DNA of 64,000 nt from positions 117,453 through 181,452 of the forward strand of contig DATIIB010000001.1 of the NCBI GenBank assembly GCA_035480055.1, in the 5' to 3' direction. The position numbers and the translations under genes are program-made. Below the pieces are notes generated by a model. It did no database searches. It worked only from the letters and a program-made list of their open reading frames with translations, and was not told where the DNA came from. How positions within the stretch are numbered: the stretch's first letter is position 1; every line of letters starts with the position of its first letter. This document shows, piece after piece, positions 28,039-38,447 of the stretch. This stretch comes from Candidatus Saccharimonadales bacterium. Lineage in GTDB: Bacteria > Patescibacteriota > Saccharimonadia > Saccharimonadales > DASZAF01.

Positions 28039-29790
28039 ATGGAACAGGCATGGGGAACGCGGATAAAGACTGTAGTAGGAGACTACAAGCACCACGTTTT
28101 GGCGTGCACACTTATACTTGCATGGGTAATGCCGTATTTCACCAGCGGCACCCGAATGGAGCTGGGCGACTTTAGTTTTTTTAGCCAAGCATACGAAGCA
28201 ATTCGCATCAGCATCCTCCACTACCATCAGTTCCCATGGTGGAATCCCTGGGTGGCAGGCGGCGTTCCTTTGTACGCCAATCCTCAGATCGGTGTCTTCT
28301 CAATTCAGACCTTGCTTGTGTTCTTGTTCGGTGCAGTAGTTGGCCTAAAGATTTCGCTCGCGTTGTTTACCTTCTTTGGATACGGATCTATGTACCTACT
28401 GTTGCACCGCTACTTTAAAGTGCAAATTGTAGCCGCCACCTTGCTTAGCATACTATGGGTATTGGGCTCTTTCTTTGTTTCCCACCTACCAGCGCATGTG
28501 ACTTTTGCTTGGTATTTTGTGGCACCATTTTTTATATACCTGGCTTTAACTATCCGCACATGGCGTGGAGGTCTTGACCTTGGGCTAGCCATGGCCGTTA
28601 TGGCTTTAGCGCAGGTGCACAATCCCTTCTTCCATATCAGCACCATTTGCGGTGCTATTCTTGGCATACGCCTGCTTATGGGTTGGTCACCGCGTAAAGA
28701 GCTGCTGTATGGAATCCTGAGCGCTGGTGGCGTATTCATCACACTTGCAGGTCACCGCTTGATGCTTGCTGCGCATAATGTGAGTGACTTCCCACGAATT
28801 ATTCCTGATGAAGCCGCGCACCCCCTTGTTTCGGTGCTGGGTATTGTGTGGCCATTCTCGAATGCTCATACTTTTCGCGGCTTACTCACCCAGCCAAAAG
28901 CACCGTTTGGGTTTGCCGAAGTAACCGCGACTGAGGGCGTGTTTGCAGTATTCGCAGGACTGCTGTGCCTACTTTTCGTCGCATATAGTCTGCGCGGTAA
29001 ATGGCAAACACTTTTTAAAAAAGAATGGCGATTGCCTGCATGCGTGGCAGTTGTAGGGCTTGTCTTTCTAGCTATTGGATTTGGATCGGTGAATCATTTT
29101 GCCCCTTACGCGCTGATGAAGCACTTGCCAGTACTCAAAGATATGCGCGTCTCTTCCAGGTGGTTTCTCTTTTTTGATGGCGCGCTACTCACCTTTATCG
29201 GTGTAGTTGTGTCACGGATGCCCCAAAAATCGTTCGCCCGAATGGCTGTATTAACCTTCCTTTGTCTAGGAATCATAGAGTTATTTACATTAAACCTTGG
29301 CTATCAAAACAAACGAATGCCGCATAATCTACTCCGGGCACCTCAGTCCTCGTGGAACTACGCCTTCGACCAAACACACTTGATGGGCGCGAGCAAAGTT
29401 CTACCTGGTGGGCAGAAACTGCCAGACGACGGCCAGCTGGATGCCTTCTATCGTGAGTACGAAGCGACCACTTTTAATCTCGGTACACTTCAGGCCAATG
29501 ACGCTTTGGTGGATCTCAACACTAAGCCAACTCCACGTTGTGGCTACGAGAAGGGGTGTGAGCTTGTCCTATCAGGCAACGCCAAGCTGACCTTTTGGTC
29601 GCCAGATAAAATAGTCTTCACGCGTACTGGACCTGGCAAAATAAAGTTGAACATGAATGACTCTAACTATTTTGTGATTAACGGCCACCGCGATACACAC
29701 CTTTTGGTGGCTGAAGCATACCACGATTTTATCGTACCTGTGGGCGATAATGTACAAACTATCACCATTGCTGTTCAGCCTCGGCCGTAG
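28039..29790 (+). CDS. large polytopic membrane protein, possible GT-C fold glycosyltransferase (YfhO/ArnT-like)
   Basis: 583 aa, ~12 TM helices, then a ~150-aa extracytoplasmic C-terminal domain. Motif FPWWNPWVAGGVPLYANPQ in the first extracytoplasmic loop. Confidence 0.45.
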   Translation: MEQAWGTRIKTVVGDYKHHVLACTLILAWVMPYFTSGTRMELGDFSFFSQAYEAIRISILHYHQFPWWNPWVAGGVPLYANPQIGVFSIQTLLVFLFGAVVGLKISLALFTFFGYGSMYLLLHRYFKVQIVAATLLSILWVLGSFFVSHLPAHVTFAWYFVAPFFIYLALTIRTWRGGLDLGLAMAVMALAQVHNPFFHISTICGAILGIRLLMGWSPRKELLYGILSAGGVFITLAGHRLMLAAHNVSDFPRIIPDEAAHPLVSVLGIVWPFSNAHTFRGLLTQPKAPFGFAEVTATEGVFAVFAGLLCLLFVAYSLRGKWQTLFKKEWRLPACVAVVGLVFLAIGFGSVNHFAPYALMKHLPVLKDMRVSSRWFLFFDGALLTFIGVVVSRMPQKSFARMAVLTFLCLGIIELFTLNLGYQNKRMPHNLLRAPQSSWNYAFDQTHLMGASKVLPGGQKLPDDGQLDAFYREYEATTFNLGTLQANDALVDLNTKPTPRCGYEKGCELVLSGNAKLTFWSPDKIVFTRTGPGKIKLNMNDSNYFVINGHRDTHLLVAEAYHDFIVPVGDNVQTITIAVQPRP

Positions 29791-29799
29791 CGCCAACTG

Positions 29800-31164
29800 C
29801 TACTTAAGGATCTTCTTTTGGACAAAAGCATCAAACTGCTTATAGCTCTCGTCCCAACTGTGTTGATGGTACTGCGCCGCTATCTCCTTTTCTTTAGCAT
29901 GGAGGGTTTTATCGTCAAGATACTTCACGATAAGGTCGAGACATTCGCCAGCATCATACGGCGAGAAGTACTCGATGAGATCTCCTGCGATCTCAGGCAT
30001 CGAGCTCACATTAGTGGTTAGGCAAAGTTTGCCATAACCGAGCGCCTCGCCTACTGGCAATCCCCAACCTTCATACACTGCAGGGTAGATCACAAACCGG
30101 CAATGCTCATACAGCCACCGCGCTTCGGCATCATTGGCGTGCAAAAAGACAAACTTGTCACGAGTAACTGGATCAGTTTGAATTTGATAGATTGCATCGC
30201 CAACCAACCAACCCGCCCCACCAACAATCACGCAAGTAGGCAAGTCAATCCCACGTTGGGCAGCTAACCGATAGACAGTGTACAGCAAAGCAATATTTTT
30301 ACGATTGGTGAGCGTGGCCGGACCCCAAAAGATATACTCACCAGCTTTAATGCGCTCATCTGTAATAGTAGTCTCTTGACTCGAGATTGCGATCTGGTCA
30401 TCGCCGAGACGCATCAGTCCCACTGGAGGAATTGGGATAAACAGTTCCTTGCAAAAACGCTCAAAGTCGCGCTTGCTTGAAGCCGAGATCGACACAAGCC
30501 CATCGCTCAACTGAGCGGTCTCAAACATATTTTGCGTATACGAAAGAAACAGTCCTGGCGGTGGGAAAAGATGCGGCAAGTACGTTGGCACTAGATCATA
30601 CAGCACATTGACTAGCTTAAAGCCATGAATACGCTTCAGGCGACCGAGCGCGGGAAGTAACTCGGGATAGTCCCACGACGAGCCCAAGATGAGCACGACA
30701 TCACCTTTCGCAAAGGCGACCTGCGGCAAGGTGGCTGTTTGCGTCGCGGGTTGAGTGAGTATATGGTGTGCCTGTCGAGCCAACCCGACTCCACGGCGAT
30801 ATCCTTGTTTCATACGATGCTTTACAGTTATCGGCACCTTCTGTTTTATCGACTCAGGCATGCGCTTTAGCACCGCCTTGGGGAGTCGCTTCAACAATTG
30901 TTTTATGCTGCGTGGATCTCCTCCTGCCGCTACCTCATGCGTTTGCGCTACCTGAGTTGCTTCAATTTGGGCGCGAATAGGTGCAAAATCGGTTTCTAAA
31001 AAGCGCTTAGTAGGCGTATCAAAGACATAATAATTGACCTCTTCGCTGGAATCGGCGTAGCGCTTAGCAATGTTGAACGCGACGCGTTGCACGCCAGTCA
31101 GATGGCCTTTCCAGGTTTGCAGGTCGGTCAGATCAATCCATAAACGGTGAGCGTTAGCACTCAT
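29800..31164 (-). CDS. glycosyltransferase family 4
   Basis: VIYPAVYEGWGLPVGEALGYGKLCLTTNVSSMPEIAGD (EX7E). Start at MSANAHRLW with AGGAGG RBS. ATGA overlap with upstream GT4. Confidence 0.75.
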   Translation of the reverse strand: MSANAHRLWIDLTDLQTWKGHLTGVQRVAFNIAKRYADSSEEVNYYVFDTPTKRFLETDFAPIRAQIEATQVAQTHEVAAGGDPRSIKQLLKRLPKAVLKRMPESIKQKVPITVKHRMKQGYRRGVGLARQAHHILTQPATQTATLPQVAFAKGDVVLILGSSWDYPELLPALGRLKRIHGFKLVNVLYDLVPTYLPHLFPPPGLFLSYTQNMFETAQLSDGLVSISASSKRDFERFCKELFIPIPPVGLMRLGDDQIAISSQETTITDERIKAGEYIFWGPATLTNRKNIALLYTVYRLAAQRGIDLPTCVIVGGAGWLVGDAIYQIQTDPVTRDKFVFLHANDAEARWLYEHCRFVIYPAVYEGWGLPVGEALGYGKLCLTTNVSSMPEIAGDLIEYFSPYDAGECLDLIVKYLDDKTLHAKEKEIAAQYHQHSWDESYKQFDAFVQKKILK

Positions 31165-32381
31165 AATGCGCGTACCTCCTTTACTAAAGCTTCGAGGGAG
31201 TGCTGCCACAAAACTTGCTCGGCCATTTTGCGCTCAGCTGCGGTGCGAGCGACTGGCGGCGTGGTGAGAGCTTTATTAATCGCCTGGCGAAAGGCCGCTG
31301 GGGTATCGGCTATGTAAATGTTGGGAAGCTTCATTAGGTGCTCAAACGCTCGAAAAGCATGACTCGTGGCAACAATTGGCTTATCGGCCAAAATCGCCTC
31401 TGCGGTTTTGAGATTGGAGCCGCCGCCTTCGGTAATTGGCAGGATAATTACATCGCTAAGTGTCAGTAGGGCACCCAAGTCTTCGTCGCTCGGCCGACCA
31501 AGTGGCAAAACGCGCTGCCAAAAAGTGGCATGGGCAATGTGAGCGTCATGGCCATCAGCCGGTACTGCACCTTTAGCAAGATCAGATATCCCGCCTGCCA
31601 AGAGAATACGGCTCTCGGGGCCGATAAAACCCATCTGCAAACCAACCACATCCAAAAAACCCGTCCAGGCTGGCGGATGAGCGCTCGCTACAAACAGAAT
31701 CTTTTTGACGATTCCTTTGTCATTGAATTCAGCTAACCACCGCGCCTTAGCTTCGGCGGTTGTGATAATCGGTGCCATGCCGTTTGGCGCAAGCACTACT
31801 TTGTGCGCGCCCATCTTCTCGTAGGCCGTTACGTCGCTGGGCGTACAGGCAATTACCAGGTCGCTTGTCTTCGCTAACTCTTTTTCGATGGCATCAATTT
31901 CGCTGACCACTTTATCAATCTCAGCTTTGGGCACACCGGCATTGTGCAAAATTTCGCGTTTCATCGGCGCTTCAATATTATGCGTGCTACTGATGAGCTT
32001 ACCTTTATATCCAATCTCAGCTAACAATCGCCTAAGGCCAAAGTACGGAAAGCCTTGTTCGATCTCGATGATATCCGGCTTGAGCCGCGTAATCATAGTT
32101 ATAAAACGATTCTTAATCGCAGGGTCATCGTAAATCGCTTTGCCACTAACCACATCACCGGTGAATGGCGAAGCTTGAAGCTTAACGGTATATTCAGGCC
32201 CAAGAGGCACGTCTGTGCTATCGTAATCAGCATAAAAACCTTTAAAAAAGACTGCCGAAAACTGCACCTCATCAAAGATTTTGCGATAGGCGTTCACAAT
32301 GGCTTGCACTCGCTTCTGGCCACCATGCATCGGGTTGGCGATAGGGTAGGTGCCGACTAACAGAATCGTTTTATGTGCCAC
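31161..32381 (-). CDS. glycosyltransferase family 4
   Basis: GT-B two-Rossmann architecture. Part of a tightly coupled operon of GTs. Confidence 0.7.
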   Translation of the reverse strand: MAHKTILLVGTYPIANPMHGGQKRVQAIVNAYRKIFDEVQFSAVFFKGFYADYDSTDVPLGPEYTVKLQASPFTGDVVSGKAIYDDPAIKNRFITMITRLKPDIIEIEQGFPYFGLRRLLAEIGYKGKLISSTHNIEAPMKREILHNAGVPKAEIDKVVSEIDAIEKELAKTSDLVIACTPSDVTAYEKMGAHKVVLAPNGMAPIITTAEAKARWLAEFNDKGIVKKILFVASAHPPAWTGFLDVVGLQMGFIGPESRILLAGGISDLAKGAVPADGHDAHIAHATFWQRVLPLGRPSDEDLGALLTLSDVIILPITEGGGSNLKTAEAILADKPIVATSHAFRAFEHLMKLPNIYIADTPAAFRQAINKALTTPPVARTAAERKMAEQVLWQHSLEALVKEVRAL

Positions 32382-32382
32382 G

Positions 32383-34212
32383 TCATTTTCCTTCCTTAAT
32401 AAATTTCAGCAGCTCGGGGAATACCTCTGCTTGGCGCTTTAGAGCGTGCTCAGGCTCGGTGAGAAAATCACTGCTTGGCGTTTCAAACACAGGTAGAGTA
32501 ATTTTGTGAGCGGAGAGGGCGCGGCGTACTTTTTTGGCTATTGATTTTTGCGCAACTACTGCTTGCGCATTGCCAAGCAGGCTCGCGCCGTCAAAGAACG
32601 AACCTTTTTCAGCCGCCTGGTGCAGCCGAGCTTCTACCACTAATTGATCTTCGCTGATTAGCTTCTTTTTGGCCAGCTGCTGAACGGCTGGCCAAAAATC
32701 ACTCTGCGCAACATACAGAATTCCAGGAATGGTCAGCGCCCCCCGAAAAAGCTGCATATACTGCGGGTCGTTACTAACAAAATGCAGCACCTTGCTAAAC
32801 TCCTGCGTTTGCAGTCTATGGTACACTTCGCAGATATCATAACTCTGCGCAACCCATCGTACGTAATCAGGTGCGAGCTTTTGTGACGAATCGTCAACCT
32901 TGCCCGGATCAATAAAATACACTAGTTCAATGCCCGCTCGCAAGGCATAGCCATACAAACGCTGAGCAATCGCCGCCACCTCACGATCAACTCGCGGATC
33001 TGGGCAGAGTAAAGCCACTTTCTGGTGCGGGTGCCGAGGCCTTTCTGGTGGATGAGTAATCTGAGCAGTCAGTTCTGCCACCGAATGCGGCCAGTTGTAT
33101 TTGTCGGTAATCTCAGCGTAATGTGCTCGCTTACTTTCAAAGTCGACCCCCGCCAGGCCATGCCAAATAGCATCCGCAATTTCCTCTGGGTCATATGGGT
33201 CAAATACATAAAAAGCTTCCTTATAATGCGGCACTTCGCGGAACACCGGAATGTCCGCACAAAGGACTGGCTTTTGATACTCCACCCCCTCAAGTAATGG
33301 AATCCCTAGGCCCTCATACAGAGAAGGCATCAGCACTGCAGCGCAATTTTCAAACAGCACATGCATTTCTTCGCCGGTCAGGTTACCGCTGAATACCAGA
33401 TCTTCATGGGCCAGCGTCTGTAGCTCTTTACGGGCGTAGTCGTCAAAAACGGAGGTGATCACCAGCTTCACGTCTCGAGTTTGATGCCCCTCTTTAAACC
33501 GTTGAAAACCCTCTACTGCACGCAGGTTGTTCTTATGCGGCAGCGACGCATTTGGCATAATGATAAATAAAGTATCTTTAAGGTGCAGCCGTTCTAGCAC
33601 GCTGCTCACATCCTGCTTACCGGCCAGGGGCTTGATTGCACCATTAATATTCACGACCTTCTCAGCCGCTAACCCAAAATAGACCGCCACATCGTCAGCA
33701 GTGGTTTGCGAATCAGTCAGCACTACATCAGCTTCATATAACAAGCGAAAACGGCGGAAATACAGCGGTGGCGGAAAAAATTGCCCTAACGAATCCCAGA
33801 AGAGTAGCGGCGTAAGATCGTAAAACATAATCACTTTTGTACCTCGTGTGGGAAATACAGCCGCATAGAAAAAGAGGAACGGACACGGACTAAAGAAGGT
33901 GAGTTGATCATCTTCGGCATAGGTCTGATCGATAAACTCGTCGATTGCTTGACGAGCTTTCTTGTCTGGCTCGTCACCTTCTGGGTCAATTGGCAGGTCA
34001 AGCTGGACTAGCGTAGCGCCCGGCATTTCGACGCTAATTTGGGCCAGTCGTTCAGAGTCGATCGATAGGTTTCTATTCAGCACAATCGCTACTTGGCAGT
34101 CATTTTGCGTGGTGATAAAGGTAGTCAGCAAGCTACGCACATAGTTCCCCATCCCCCGATACCACGCGTTTGTCTGGAAAATCTGGCCATCGACAATTAG
34201 CACCTGGCTCAT
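32383..34212 (-). CDS. two-domain glycosyltransferase (WbdA/WbpX-like polymerising GT4)
   Basis: ~610 aa with central GT4 signature LMPSLYEGLGIPLLEGVEYQKPVLCADIPVFREV plus a second C-terminal GT-B-like module. Start at MSQVLIVDGQ with AGGAGG RBS. Confidence 0.7.
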   Translation of the reverse strand: MSQVLIVDGQIFQTNAWYRGMGNYVRSLLTTFITTQNDCQVAIVLNRNLSIDSERLAQISVEMPGATLVQLDLPIDPEGDEPDKKARQAIDEFIDQTYAEDDQLTFFSPCPFLFFYAAVFPTRGTKVIMFYDLTPLLFWDSLGQFFPPPLYFRRFRLLYEADVVLTDSQTTADDVAVYFGLAAEKVVNINGAIKPLAGKQDVSSVLERLHLKDTLFIIMPNASLPHKNNLRAVEGFQRFKEGHQTRDVKLVITSVFDDYARKELQTLAHEDLVFSGNLTGEEMHVLFENCAAVLMPSLYEGLGIPLLEGVEYQKPVLCADIPVFREVPHYKEAFYVFDPYDPEEIADAIWHGLAGVDFESKRAHYAEITDKYNWPHSVAELTAQITHPPERPRHPHQKVALLCPDPRVDREVAAIAQRLYGYALRAGIELVYFIDPGKVDDSSQKLAPDYVRWVAQSYDICEVYHRLQTQEFSKVLHFVSNDPQYMQLFRGALTIPGILYVAQSDFWPAVQQLAKKKLISEDQLVVEARLHQAAEKGSFFDGASLLGNAQAVVAQKSIAKKVRRALSAHKITLPVFETPSSDFLTEPEHALKRQAEVFPELLKFIKEGK

Positions 34213-35192
34213 TTTTGGCCTCCTTTTACTACTTGGCGAGCAAGCCGGACGATAATCTTGGTGCTTTTGCGAAGTATACGATAGCCGAACCATAACGTCT
34301 TCTTAACCACTTTTTTAGTGCGCGGCGCCCGATAAGGCACGATACTCACTGATTCTTGGTAGGAACGGATAAGCGTTTTTAGAGAAGCATCTGGTGCAAC
34401 CTGAGCAGCTGCAAAAACCGGTGCTGGAGTGTAACGACTGCGAGTCAGATACTCGATAATTTTTTCATTAGTGACCTTCCAAAAGTGCTTGAGCTCTTTG
34501 CGATAGGTGACAGTTCTTTTATGAGCCATCTGCAACAGATATTCGGTGTGGCGAAGTTGCAATGTTTTAAGCGCTACTTCTCTAGCCTGACTCCACTGCC
34601 GCTGAATGAATGTAAATGGCAGAATCGTCCCCGGCCCCAATAGTTGCTCAGGATATTTAAAGGCTTCCTTGCGTATGCTTGCTTCTTTAGCCAAATAGTA
34701 CTCATTCAGCCCGTCAAAAAAGACTTGGCTGTAATCGTGCTTCGCCAGCAATGGCCGCCAATCACGGGAATGAGGATCAGATTCAATGCAGATCAGCTCT
34801 GGGCGATACGCTTTCCAATCATTCCCTTGCAGCACTTCGTATCCCAACTCTTTAACAGCAATCTTTAAGAAGTGGATGTGCTTAATGCCTTGAGCCTTAA
34901 AAATCGTCGCTAACCTCTGGATCGATCTTTTATTGTCGTCCGTACCCGCCACGCCAATATTTAAATTGGTATCTTCGGGCCGATCAAAACAGAGTAGTTG
35001 GTACATTCGCTTGGTTGGCTCGATATTGAAGCCGCGCCAGCTTTTTTGATAAAATAATTTCGTTGCCGAACCTTGTACCGGATGATTCGCACCCACGTCC
35101 ACATATACCCCTTTAGCCACATCAGCAAAGAAGCCTTCTATAATAAGATCCTCGCGGTTTCGTGCGTAACTGATAATCTCGCTACTATTCAT
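34209..35192 (-). CDS. FkbM family methyltransferase
   Basis: YVDVGANHPVQGSATKLFYQKSWRGFNIEP (FkbM SAM-binding motif). Confidence 0.75.
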   Translation of the reverse strand: MNSSEIISYARNREDLIIEGFFADVAKGVYVDVGANHPVQGSATKLFYQKSWRGFNIEPTKRMYQLLCFDRPEDTNLNIGVAGTDDNKRSIQRLATIFKAQGIKHIHFLKIAVKELGYEVLQGNDWKAYRPELICIESDPHSRDWRPLLAKHDYSQVFFDGLNEYYLAKEASIRKEAFKYPEQLLGPGTILPFTFIQRQWSQAREVALKTLQLRHTEYLLQMAHKRTVTYRKELKHFWKVTNEKIIEYLTRSRYTPAPVFAAAQVAPDASLKTLIRSYQESVSIVPYRAPRTKKVVKKTLWFGYRILRKSTKIIVRLARQVVKGGQK

Positions 35193-36078
35193 TCATCTCT
35201 TCGCCCTCAGCATGGGAGGGGCTGACAGTCATTTTACGGATTAATAGCTTCGTTCGGCGTCCAAGACTCCGACGAAGCGACTTAGCGGTAAGTCGCAAGG
35301 ACTTTTTGACCGAAGGAACCTCTTCCAGCTTAGCACAGACTAACTGATAGCTGGCTTGAATTTCGGCATAAAGCGATTGTAATTTCTGATGCTCTTCTTT
35401 TAATGACTTATGGGAGCTGGTGTAGTAGCCATAGCTCAGTAGGAGCGCTGGATACTGCGACATATCAAGGTCCGTTTGCTCATCTGCGACCATGTAGTAG
35501 TTGAGGCCATCGAAATACACCTGATGATAATTTTGCTCCTCAAGAAAATTGCGACATTTTTCGGCCACCGTCCCTTCAAATACCACTACGCGTGGGCGGT
35601 ATTTTTTCCAATCATTCCCTTGTAATACCTGAGGCTCATGCCCTTCGACATCAATCTTCAGGAAGTCGATGTCTTTAACCTTTTGCTCGCTAAAAATATG
35701 GCGAAGAGTAGTGACCTTCACCTTGCGGTCATGATAGGGCAATTCCTCTTTGGTATGCTGCTTTTTAATTGTGGTAGCGAAGGTCGAGAGGCCATCATGT
35801 TGTGGATATTCGCGGAAGGCGAGTTCGCCGGGTTTGTTAGAGACTGCAGTGTGTAGGTTGGTATCCCGCGTACGCACCTTGTACTCATCGATTAAACTCT
35901 TGGTGGGCTCGATGTTAATCCCATGCCAGCCACGGTTATAGAAAAACTTAGTCACTGAGTGGAAAGTTTCATGGTTCGCCCCCACATCCACATAAAATCC
36001 CTTTTTCTTCTTATGGAGCAGAACGTACAGTACTAGATCTTCTAAATTTTGTGCATAGCTGACAAGCTCGTCATGCAT
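35185..36078 (-). CDS. FkbM family methyltransferase (paralog)
   Basis: FYVDVGANHETFHSVTKFFYNRGWHGINIEP. Confidence 0.75.
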   Translation of the reverse strand: MHDELVSYAQNLEDLVLYVLLHKKKKGFYVDVGANHETFHSVTKFFYNRGWHGINIEPTKSLIDEYKVRTRDTNLHTAVSNKPGELAFREYPQHDGLSTFATTIKKQHTKEELPYHDRKVKVTTLRHIFSEQKVKDIDFLKIDVEGHEPQVLQGNDWKKYRPRVVVFEGTVAEKCRNFLEEQNYHQVYFDGLNYYMVADEQTDLDMSQYPALLLSYGYYTSSHKSLKEEHQKLQSLYAEIQASYQLVCAKLEEVPSVKKSLRLTAKSLRRSLGRRTKLLIRKMTVSPSHAEGEEMNE

Positions 36079-36096
36079 AGACTTTTACCCTCTCTT

Positions 36097-37245
36097 CTAT
36101 TTGCGCTGTTGTGCTAAAAATTGCCCCAATTTCTCACCACTTGCTGTCCAGGAAAACTTGGCTACTTGTAGTATACCTTTTTTAATAAGCGCTGTCCTCT
36201 CTTTAGCTGAGAGCGAGCTTGCTTTCTGCATGGCATCGGCAATTGCGTCTACATCAAGCGGATCACAATAAATACCTGCGTCGCCAACTACCTCATGGAG
36301 TGCAGAAATATCGGCCGATACTACTACTGTTTCGGCAGCCATTGCCTCTAAGGGTGGCATACCAAAACCCTCATGGAGTGCAGGATGAACTAAGGCCAAT
36401 GCACCGCTCATCAAGGTACCGACTTCTTCGTCAGAAACATAGCTAGCTGGTTTGATTATAGTTGCGCCGGCCTTGCGTGCCTCTTCAATGGCCGCAAAAA
36501 TTGGCTCATTCAACCAGCCATTGCCACCAACGAGGACTAAGGCATAGTCTTTGGGGAGTTGCCGAAACGCAGCGATTAGCCGTTCCACATTTTTGCGTGG
36601 TTCAATATTGCTGACAAATAAGAAATATTGTTTGTCGATCTCATACTTCTTTTTCACCTGTGCGATTTCTTTTGAAGAATACGGCCTGTATATTTCTCGC
36701 TCAACCCCAATAGGAACAATCTTAATCTTGTCTGGTTGCACGTCAAAGTATTTCAAAAGTTCATGCCGGGAATTTTGTGAAGATGTCAGCACGTAATCTG
36801 TATTCGCAATAAAATAAGGGATGTTACGGCGTAGCATGCTCAGGTTGGATGGTTCGGTAAACTCCGGGTAAATTCGGAACGAGACATCGTACATATAGGT
36901 GAATGACTTGGAGCGTTTAGTGAGCGGCCAGTTGTTGTAGTTGCCAAAGAGATAAAAACCTGGACCGAGCAACAAGTCCATTGGTGGCAATAGATGATAG
37001 CGGCTCAAACGATTCATTACTCGGAGCTTTAAAGGAATCCCCTTGCGGCCGCAACTCGCGAGTCCTGGCCAACGATCCAGTAGGTGCAGCCGCTTACGTG
37101 GCCCCACGATCACGATCTCGAACTGCTCTTGAAACGCTTTATTCGTAGCCAGAGCCGCGACAATACCCGCTAATGCGTGCCCCACACCGCTCACACGGTC
37201 AGCTACCAAAGGAATACCCTCAACAAAAAGCTTGGTGCGAGCCAT
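36097..37245 (-). CDS. glycosyltransferase family 4
   Basis: HPALHEGFGMPPLEAMAAETVVVSADISALHEVVGDAG. Confidence 0.8.
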   Translation of the reverse strand: MARTKLFVEGIPLVADRVSGVGHALAGIVAALATNKAFQEQFEIVIVGPRKRLHLLDRWPGLASCGRKGIPLKLRVMNRLSRYHLLPPMDLLLGPGFYLFGNYNNWPLTKRSKSFTYMYDVSFRIYPEFTEPSNLSMLRRNIPYFIANTDYVLTSSQNSRHELLKYFDVQPDKIKIVPIGVEREIYRPYSSKEIAQVKKKYEIDKQYFLFVSNIEPRKNVERLIAAFRQLPKDYALVLVGGNGWLNEPIFAAIEEARKAGATIIKPASYVSDEEVGTLMSGALALVHPALHEGFGMPPLEAMAAETVVVSADISALHEVVGDAGIYCDPLDVDAIADAMQKASSLSAKERTALIKKGILQVAKFSWTASGEKLGQFLAQQRK

Positions 37246-38447
37246 CAGTCCTTGGTCTCTTTTTTGAGAGAGAGTTTAATGGGCGGATTAATTCGGTACG
37301 GTACTCGTTCCTCATTGATCACTTCAAATTGGGCTGCTTCTTCCCACCAATCGCAGATGGTCACGTTATCACGGTGAGTTACCGCAGGGTCTACATAATA
37401 AACGCCGTCGCTAAAGAGATTATGCATCTGCCACTCCACGGTCACCCTGTCACCTTTATGCAGCCAGCCTACATGCTGGCGCTTAATCTGGGAATTAGTG
37501 CCCATTAGCTGTTCGCCACTTTGACTGCGAATCACAAAACCGAAAATTGGGTCTTCGATATCCTCATGCACTTCGGCGATGGCGGTAATGGTTAAAGGTT
37601 GGTTGTTATCGGTCAGCAGGGGAGTACCAATGGCCACCTTCGTATAAACTGCCTTTTTGTTTCCCCATCGCTTTGCTTTCTTCTCTTGTACTTGACCTTT
37701 GGTTGGCTCATTAAAGAGCTGCGTGTATTGAGTAGCAATGGTATCCGGAGTGCCAATGTCTACAATACGCGACTTTTCAATCAACAAAGCGCGATCGCAA
37801 TATTCGCGCACTGCGTTCATATCGTGCGTCACAAAGATAACGGTCTTTTTGTTCTTTTTGAGGAGCCGAAAGTATTCAAAGCATTTACGCTGGAATGAAG
37901 CATCGCCTACTGCCAATACTTCATCCACCAGCAAGATGTCGCCATCGGCCATGATAGCCACCGAGAAGGCCAAACGCACCTGCATACCAGAAGAATAATT
38001 CTTGAGCTTCTGGTCCATAAAGCGATGAAGTTCAGCAAAGTTAACGATCTGCTCGTACTGTGCATCGATTTCTTTTTTAGAGAACCCGAGTAATGCGCCG
38101 TTAAGGTATACATTCTCGCGACCAGTCAGCTCGCCGTTAAAACCTACCCCAAGTTCAATAAAGGGGACGAGCTTACCGCGTACTCCGATTTGCCCCTTAG
38201 TAGGCTGATAGATACCGGCCAACATCTTAAGCAGCGTACTTTTACCGCTTCCGTTACGGCCAACGATGCCAAAGAATTCACCTTCCTGGACTTCAAAATC
38301 TATATCGCTTAAAGCGTGTTGGACTTCAGACCCTTTGGCCTTTGGCTGGAATATCCCAGTCACCGCTTGTTTAATGGAGTCTCTCTTTTCGTGCGGCAAA
38401 ATAAAATCTTTGTATACGCCATCGACGACAACTGCTGGTTCTGCCAT
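37245..38447 (-). CDS. wzt: O-polysaccharide ABC transporter ATP-binding protein with C-terminal carbohydrate-binding domain (Wzt-like)
   Basis: Walker A GRNGSGKST, signature LSGGMQVRLAF, Walker B ILLVDE. Extra ~150-aa C-terminal domain as in Wzt. Confidence 0.85.
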   Translation of the reverse strand: MAEPAVVVDGVYKDFILPHEKRDSIKQAVTGIFQPKAKGSEVQHALSDIDFEVQEGEFFGIVGRNGSGKSTLLKMLAGIYQPTKGQIGVRGKLVPFIELGVGFNGELTGRENVYLNGALLGFSKKEIDAQYEQIVNFAELHRFMDQKLKNYSSGMQVRLAFSVAIMADGDILLVDEVLAVGDASFQRKCFEYFRLLKKNKKTVIFVTHDMNAVREYCDRALLIEKSRIVDIGTPDTIATQYTQLFNEPTKGQVQEKKAKRWGNKKAVYTKVAIGTPLLTDNNQPLTITAIAEVHEDIEDPIFGFVIRSQSGEQLMGTNSQIKRQHVGWLHKGDRVTVEWQMHNLFSDGVYYVDPAVTHRDNVTICDWWEEAAQFEVINEERVPYRINPPIKLSLKKETKD

